Below are positions 50,110 through 57,395 of a stretch of 57,395 bases of DNA, piece by piece (positions within the stretch are counted from its first letter, which is position 1; every line of letters starts with the position of its first letter). The notes beneath the pieces are model-generated. The model was not told the origin of the DNA and ran no database searches. It saw only the letters and a list, made by a program, of their open reading frames with translations. The DNA lies in the NCBI RefSeq assembly GCF_001194135.2, contig NC_068982.1, positions 146,621,582-146,678,976 on the forward strand, read 5' to 3'. This stretch comes from Octopus bimaculoides. Lineage: Eukaryota. The position numbers were made by a program, and so were the translations under genes.

Positions 50110-51142
50110 ACCGAAATAACAAAGGAAGTTTCATCATGGGTTTTTAAGACAAAGAAAAAGATAACTGGTTGACAGAAGACCATCAGCCATGTAATGATGC
50201 TTATTGCATGCAAACAAGCAAATTATCACTATACGTCTCACAAATTGAAAGTAAAGAAGGAAATAGAAATGATGTTTGGAGACAGCAAAAGAGGACACTT
50301 ACTTGCAAACAGATTACCTCAGAAGAGAATAACCGAGAGAAGAAAACTAAACAAAAAATTTAACCGCAATCAGGCAGCAGTATACAGAGACATGAGAGGA
50401 GGAACAGTAAACATCACGGAAGCTCTTTCACGAGAAGACATAGACTCATTCTGGAGGGAAATCTGGAGTGAAGAGAAGGAATTTAGCTAAGATGCTCTGT
50501 GGCTGGAAGAAATTCGAAAAAGTTATTGCTCCTGTATTACATCCAAGACATACAACATTGATGGTGAAATTGTTACAACTGTGAACCAGAAACTACAGGA
50601 TGGAAAAGCACCTGGAAGACTTGATTGCTGAATATTGGTACAAGAAGCAAACATTCTACCGACCAGATCTTATTAATCTGTACCAGCAAGCTCTCATTGA
50701 GAACAGTAGCATACCACTCTGGTTAGCCCTGGCAGAAACAAAATTGATCCCCAAATGCAGAACCACCACATGGCAAAAAACTACCGGCCAATTGCATGTC
50801 AGAACTTAATATATAAGATATATACAGCATGTTTAAACCTCTTCCTCCAGGACGATTGTGAAACCAATAACATCATTACAGCAGAACAAGCAGCTGGGAA
50901 GAAGGGAGTTTGGGGATGTGCCGAGCAATCGTTAATCAACAAAACTGTGATGTCAGAGGTACGAGAGCATCGGTGGAACCTAGTTTCAATGTGGCTAGAC
51001 CACAAGAGAGCCTTTGACTCTCATGGAAGCTAGAAGCCCTTCGACTTGCTAAAGTTTCAGTGAGCATAGTCAAAGCCATAGCTGACCTAACTTCATCGTG
51101 GGCCTCTATCTTGAAATTAAATACAAAGAGTGACTGTATTAT

Positions 51143-51145
<3 letters not shown>
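50110..51145 (+). mobile_element. R4/Dong-clade LINE, N-terminal RT fragment (Dong-H)
   Basis: IDSFWREIWSEE, GKAPG, AKNYRPIACQNLIYKIYT, EQAAGKKGVWGCAEQSLIN and WLDHKRAFDS; frameshifts and stops. Confidence 0.9.
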
Positions 51146-51203
<58 letters not shown>

Positions 51204-51206
<3 letters not shown>

Positions 51207-51323
51207 CACTGACTTCTTTCAGTTTCCGCTACCAAATCCACTAACAAGGCTTTGGTCGGCGTGAGGCTATAGTAGGAGACACTTGCCCAAGGAGCCATTC
51301 AGTAGGAATGAACCCGGAACTAT
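51204..51323 (-). mobile_element. SINE family B, partial
   Basis: cttctttcagtttccgctaccaaatccactaacaaggctttggtcggcgtgaggctatagtag. Confidence 0.85.
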
Positions 51324-51436
51324 GCGCGCGCGATTGCGAGCGCGCATGAACGTTCATAGCTGTATGTCTGTATATCTGGCGTTACGTGAATATCGGTATA
51401 ATTGTGTCTGTAACTTCGCGGTGCGATAAATATAAA

Positions 51437-51652
51437 TCCTTTTCTATTCTAGGCACAAGGCCCGAGATTGTGGGAGAGGGAACCAGTCACTTAGATCGAC
51501 CCTAGTACGCAACTGGTACTTAATTTATCGACCCCGAAAAGATGAAAGGCAAAGTCGACCTCCGCAGAATTTGAACTCAGAACGTAAAGACAGACGGAAT
51601 ACGGCTAAACATTTCGCCCGGCGTGCTAACGTTTCAGCCAGCTTGCCGCCTT
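51437..51652 (-). mobile_element. SINE family A, full length
   Basis: Match to other family A copies. Confidence 0.92.
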
Positions 51653-52104
51653 GCGATAAATATAATCGCTACTCGATCTTCCAGTCTTAGAATATGTAGT
51701 GGCATCGACATGAGTGACTAACACCCTTCAAAGCACTGCACCAGTACACGCAAGCGCGCGAGCACACACACTCATATACACGATGATATATATACATACA
51801 CATATATATACACACACATTTACATATTTACCTGTGTATGTTTTGTGTTTGCATTTTGTTTGATACTACAACCGCTTAACAACTGCTGTTGCTTTATTTC
51901 CGTTCTACTTACTTCGCAGTTCACCAAAAGTGATAAACATAATAAGTACAGGCTTTAAAAGTTAAGTATTAGAGTGGATTTGTTCGACCAAAACCCTGCA
52001 AGGCTGCAGAAACAAGTATGGAAGTTAAAAAAACAAGTCATATTAATGAAATATAAGCTACTTTTGAGCAATGGGGTATAAGCTATATCTTATTTTATCC
52101 TATA

Positions 52105-52487
52105 TAGCATTAGTGGTTATGGCAGCGGACTCGCGGTCATAGGTTCGCGGTTTCGATTCCCAGACCGGGCGTTGTGAGTGTTTATTGAGCGAAAACACCT
52201 AAAGCTCCACAAGGCTCCCGCAGGGGATGGTGGTGAACCCTGCCGTACTCTTTCACTACAAATTTCTCTCACTCTTACTTCCTGTTTTTGTTGTGCCTGT
52301 AATTCAAAGGGTCAGCCTTGTCACACTCTGTGTCACGCTGAATATCCCCGAGAACTACGTTAATGGTACACGTGTCTGTGGAGTGCTCAGCCACTTGCAC
52401 GTTAATTTCACGAGCAGGCTGTTCCGTTGATCGGATCAACTGGAACCCTCGACGTCGTAAGCGACGGAGTGCCAACAAACAACAAAA
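52105..52487 (+). mobile_element. tRNA-derived SINE family C, full length with (CAA)n tail
   Basis: tagtggttatggcagcgg ... ggtttcgattcccagaccgggcg head; ends gcgacggagtgccaacaaacaacaa. Confidence 0.8.
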
Positions 52488-52653
52488 ACTTGTTAGATAT
52501 TTGCATAGGCAAATGAATCCTATGTTGAAATTTTTCTGGAAATTACTAAAGAAAGCTAGGACTTAAATATCGAAATTACTCGGATCAGTCATGTTTCTGA
52601 TTATGCCTCAGATCACTAACAACAAAATTTCCTACTCATATTCTCAACCTCAT

Positions 52654-53056
52654 CTCTTATCTTTTACTTGTTTCAGCCATTAGACTACAGCCATGCTGGG
52701 GCACTGCCTTGAAGAATTCTTAGTTGAATGAATCGACCCCCAGTACTTATTTTTTGTTAAGGCTGGTACTTAGTGTATCGGTGAATTATGGGGGCGTAAA
52801 CACACAAATACAGGTTTTCAAGCCGTACTGGGGGATAAAAACATACACGCACACACACACACACATACGCATACACACACGCATACACACACAACGGGTT
52901 TCTTCCAGTTTTCCACTACTAAATCCACTCACAAGGCTTTGGTCGGTCCAAGGCTATAGTAGCTTCTACATTTTCCCAAAGTACCACACAGTGGGACTGA
53001 ACCCAGAACCGTGTGGTTGTGAAGCAAGCTTCATACCGCACAGCCACGCCTGCGCC
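52654..53056 (-). mobile_element. SINE family B, full length
   Basis: Match to 18158-18580. Confidence 0.88.
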
Positions 53057-53639
53057 TTGGCGATAATATACTTTAATATCATGTTTTTAAATAAATAACT
53101 ATTGTACTTGCTTGATTTATTATTTCCAAGAAAGATCAAGTAAGACCCTTTAGTTCAGGAGGTGCCTCCAACCCCNNNNNNNNNNNNNNNNNNNNNNNNN
53201 NNNNNNNNNNNNNNNNNNNNNNNNNNNNNNNNNNNNNNNNNNNNNNNNNNNNNNNNNNNNNNNNNNNNNNNNNNNNNNNNNNNNNNNNNNNNNNNNNNNN
53301 NNNNNNNNNNNNNNNNNNNNNNNNNNNNNNNNNNNNNNNNNNNNNNNNNNNNNNNNNNNNNNNNNNNNNNNNNNNNNNNNNNNNNNNNNNNNNNNNNNNN
53401 NNNNNNNNNNNNNNNNNNNNNNNNNNNNNNNNNNNNNNNNNNNNNNNNNNNNNNNNNNNNNNNNNNNNNNNNNNNNNNNNNNNNNNNNNNNNNNNNNNNN
53501 NNNNNNNNNNNNNNNNNNNNNNNNNNNNNNNNNNNNNNNNNNNNNNNNNNNNNNNNNNNNNNNNNNNNNNNNNNNNNNNTATATAAGATGTTGAAAATAT
53601 TAACGAAAAATGTATATATCAGGTTGAGTAAAAAGTAAG

Positions 53640-56298
53640 CAATGTTTTGAATCATGAAGAATTTGTACCGGATTTTTGCAGAGGTTTGAATTTGTTTAAC
53701 ATTTTGTTTTTGCAATTCTCTGATAATACAGACAGACTTGCCCAAATTCATCAATAAATTAACATGGAACGGTTCATGTAATTCCATACAGAGTAGTGTT
53801 TCTTCTCTCTCGTTGGCTGTTCTTGATCGGAATTCATGAGCACTTTCAAGTCTCTTTTTGTTAACTCCTTTTTCACTAGCAGCATACTGTAACAGATCTT
53901 GTTTGCTGTTTACAAAATATTATGCCATGTTTCTTTCTTCATTGTTGATGCACTCCTGTACGCTAATCAGCCCACGCCCACCTTTACTTCTCTTCATGTA
54001 GAGCCTGATAACATTTGCCTTAGGGTGGAGGGCACCATGAATTGTCATTGTCTTTCGGGTAGTGCGATCGAGTTGGTCAATCTCCGCTTGTGTTTATTTC
54101 AGGATGGGTGCACAATAGCGAACTACAGCAACAGCCCATATGTTGATGGCAGTCATAAGGTTTCTTAAGTTTAGGTTTGATTTCAAGAGAAGTTTGAGTC
54201 GCTTGAAATATGCGTTGGTGAACTTGTCTTTCATTTCTTTGTATAAGATATTGTCCAGATCCAAAATCCCAAGGCACTTGTGTCCATCATCGTCCGGGTC
54301 TTCCATTCTCTCCCCGTTTAGCAATTCTTTGCCCCTACAAGTTGTTCTTTTCCCTCGCTCCAAAGTAAGTACCGCACACTTCGAGATATTGCATTCCATC
54401 CCTATATGTTTGCTGCACATTTGCACAGTCTCAACCGGCCTCTCCATTTCAGGCTCAGTTTTAAATCATCCATAAAGAGAAAGTGGTTGAGAAGAGGTCC
54501 ATTCTTTCTCAGCTCATAATGCACGTTGATTTTGCGTAAGACTTCAAAAAGTGGGATCAAAGCTATAACAAATGACAGAGATGAACAACAGTCTCCTTGG
54601 AAGATACCTCTTTTGATTATTACCGCGGTTAAGGGCTGGTTGTTACAGGAAAGACGCGTTTTCCAACTAGGCATGCTGTTCTTAATCAGTGCACACGCGT
54701 TCTCAGCTATTCCACACATATCGAATGTTTCCAAAATCCACGAATGCGTGAACATGACGTAAGCCTTTATGAAGTCTATCCAGGCCATGTATAAGTTTAT
54801 TTGGTGCCGTTAACAGTTCTTCATTATAACCTTGTCGCAAGGTGGTCCTCGGTGCCCTTGGATCCTTTTCGGCATCCCATTTGTTCTACTGGCAGTAGAT
54901 TGTTTCCCGCAAGGAACGTATATATTTGCCATGCGAGGGTACCTGTTAAAACTTTCCATAGGAGGTTAAGACAAACAACGTGTTGGTAATTGCCAACCTC
55001 ATTGCCCTTTGACCGATTTTTCATTAACAATGTCGTTTTTCCCTCTGCCATCCACTACGGAACTGTACTGCTCTGTAGGCAATTGTCGAATTGCAATGCA
55101 ATTCTCTTGTGTATTGACCTAAACCACTTGAGCCAGTAGCCTTGAATTCCGTCTGGTCCTGCCGCTTTCCAGTTTGGCAGTTTTGATATCTCTACAGACA
55201 TCTTCCGTTGTCATGCGCACATGATCTTGTCGTAGAGCCTCCGTATGATGGAGTTCAGATCTCACGGAATGAATCCACTCAGCACTGTGGCTGTGCGAAA
55301 CTTCTGGCTCCCAGATGTTATTCCAAAATTGGCGTGTATTATCTTGTTTTCCCTCCAAAGCCCTAAAAAACTGGTCTCTAGTTATTTGAGAATAACCTGT
55401 TTTGCTGGAACTGCGATATGCGATCAGTGTAGCGCTTCACCTTTAATGTTTTAGCCTGCACACGTTGTTTTAGGGTTTCGATGACAATTTTGAACCCGCT
55501 TTTTTTTTATTTGGTACTTCGCATCAAGATATGCCCTTGCATTTTCTCTTCCATTTTCCATTGCTCTTTGGACCACTCTTCTATGCGACTAAGATCTTTA
55601 CGCAAAGTTAGAATATTGCCTTCAGTTCTCCGCTTCTATCATGGCTCCTTCTGTCTACTTTTCTCTCTTTCTTTCCACTCAGTTTATCTACTAAAATTGA
55701 AGTGGATCTGAACAAGTCTCTTGTTTCCGTTAGATCTTTTGTTAGAATGTATTTCAGAATCTCATCAACTGTTTGGGTCGCGCATTTCACATTGTTACGG
55801 TCAAAGCTTCTCACATTCATCGGCTTGGTCTCTCTTCTTGTAATTATTATATTCTCGAGTCTTTTTCTGTGGTTTCTCTGTTCCTCACTCATGTCCTTTC
55901 TTATTTCAAGGTTTTCTACATTATATTGATTGGCCGGCCTCTCCACAAACAACTTCGCCTTGGCTATGCATTCGCTGATCTTCACTGACGTTATTCTCTT
56001 CAAGATTCTCACCACTACAAAGGCTTTTCAGACTTTTACTAATTGTCTGAATCTAGGCCTCATTTCGAAAGTCTCTATTCGGAATTATTTTTATCTGATT
56101 CATAAGTCAATTTTCAATAATCTGAAGCATACCCAGCTGGTTCCAAAGTTCTAATGATCTTTTTTTCCGACAGCTTTACATTTACCATTGTTCTTGTCTA
56201 GCAAGGCTTGTTCATGACACGTGACCGCCGTCTGGTTCATATCAACAGTCATGACTACCCGTCTGATAAGTATACACCATGTACAATGCATGACAACC
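53640..56298 (-). mobile_element. R4/Dong-clade LINE, 5' two-thirds including RT (Dong-I), inactivated
   Basis: LWNQLGMLQIIE (N-terminal region), RQFWNNIW, NYQHVVCLNLLWKVLTG, EQMGCRKGSKGTEDHL, WIDFIKAY, RGIFQGDCCS, NHFLFMDDLKL and AINIWAVAVVRY; many frameshifts; the 5' end abuts (AAT)n. Confidence 0.93.
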
Positions 56299-56299
56299 A

Positions 56300-56990
<691 letters not shown>

Positions 56991-57395
56991 TATTAATTTT
57001 GTTGTTGTTTTTGCTTCCACTGTTGCTGTTGCTGCTGCTGCCGCTGTTTTGTTGTTGTTGTAATATACATTTGTGTCACTACCATGTAGGAATATATTCA
57101 AAACACTATTGTAAAGAATTTCAGATTATTATGCCTCGAGGAAGCAAGAGAATTTAAGGAAATTTACAGTCGGTTTTCGTTCAACTCGTTACACTTAGAA
57201 TTGTGTCCTTTTTTTGTTCCTCACTCTCTTTCCCTTTCTTTCTTTCTTTCTCCCTCACTCTCTGTCTATCTCTTTTTCTCGTATTTTATGTCACTTTCTG
57301 TCTTTATCTTTCTCTCTCTCTCTCTTTCTTCTTCGTTCTCTATATCTCCTGTGACAATGATATATATATATATATATATACATACATACATATAT

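Noticed and set aside
51322-51358. CpG palindromes atgcgcgcgcgattgcgagcgcgcat and atgaacgttcat
   Set aside because: Explained by (CG)n self-complementarity; too short to imply function.

Overview
This is AT-rich eukaryotic draft-assembly DNA with 8 N-gaps and very dense microsatellites, SINEs and decayed LINE/DNA transposons. The repeat content looks like a coleoid cephalopod (Octopus-like) scaffold; that assignment is inference from memory, not a database result. I found no intact protein-coding gene, rRNA, true tRNA, CRISPR array or prokaryotic feature, and most ORF-track entries are microsatellite or antisense artefacts. Recognisable coding remnants are all TE-derived: nine R4/Dong-type (restriction-like endonuclease) LINE fragments, an RTE/BovB-like LINE abutting a CR1-type RT remnant, a CR1/L2 5' fragment, a Tx1/L1 fragment and an internally deleted pogo-like transposase. 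Non-coding elements include a 1.5-kb Kolobok-like foldback element with TTAA TSD, several Tc1/mariner-type MITEs and at least three tRNA-derived SINE families. The best leads are: (1) several R4/Dong families stacked in (TAA)n tracts with a strict strand rule; (2) three short plus-strand candidate exons (20.6-25.2 kb) that could encode a secreted Cys-containing protein; (3) a 72-nt hairpin present in only one arm of the Kolobok-like TIR; (4) a LINE-tail/SINE composite. None is established as a novel system from sequence alone. Coordinates of diverged repeats are approximate (about +/-20 bp).
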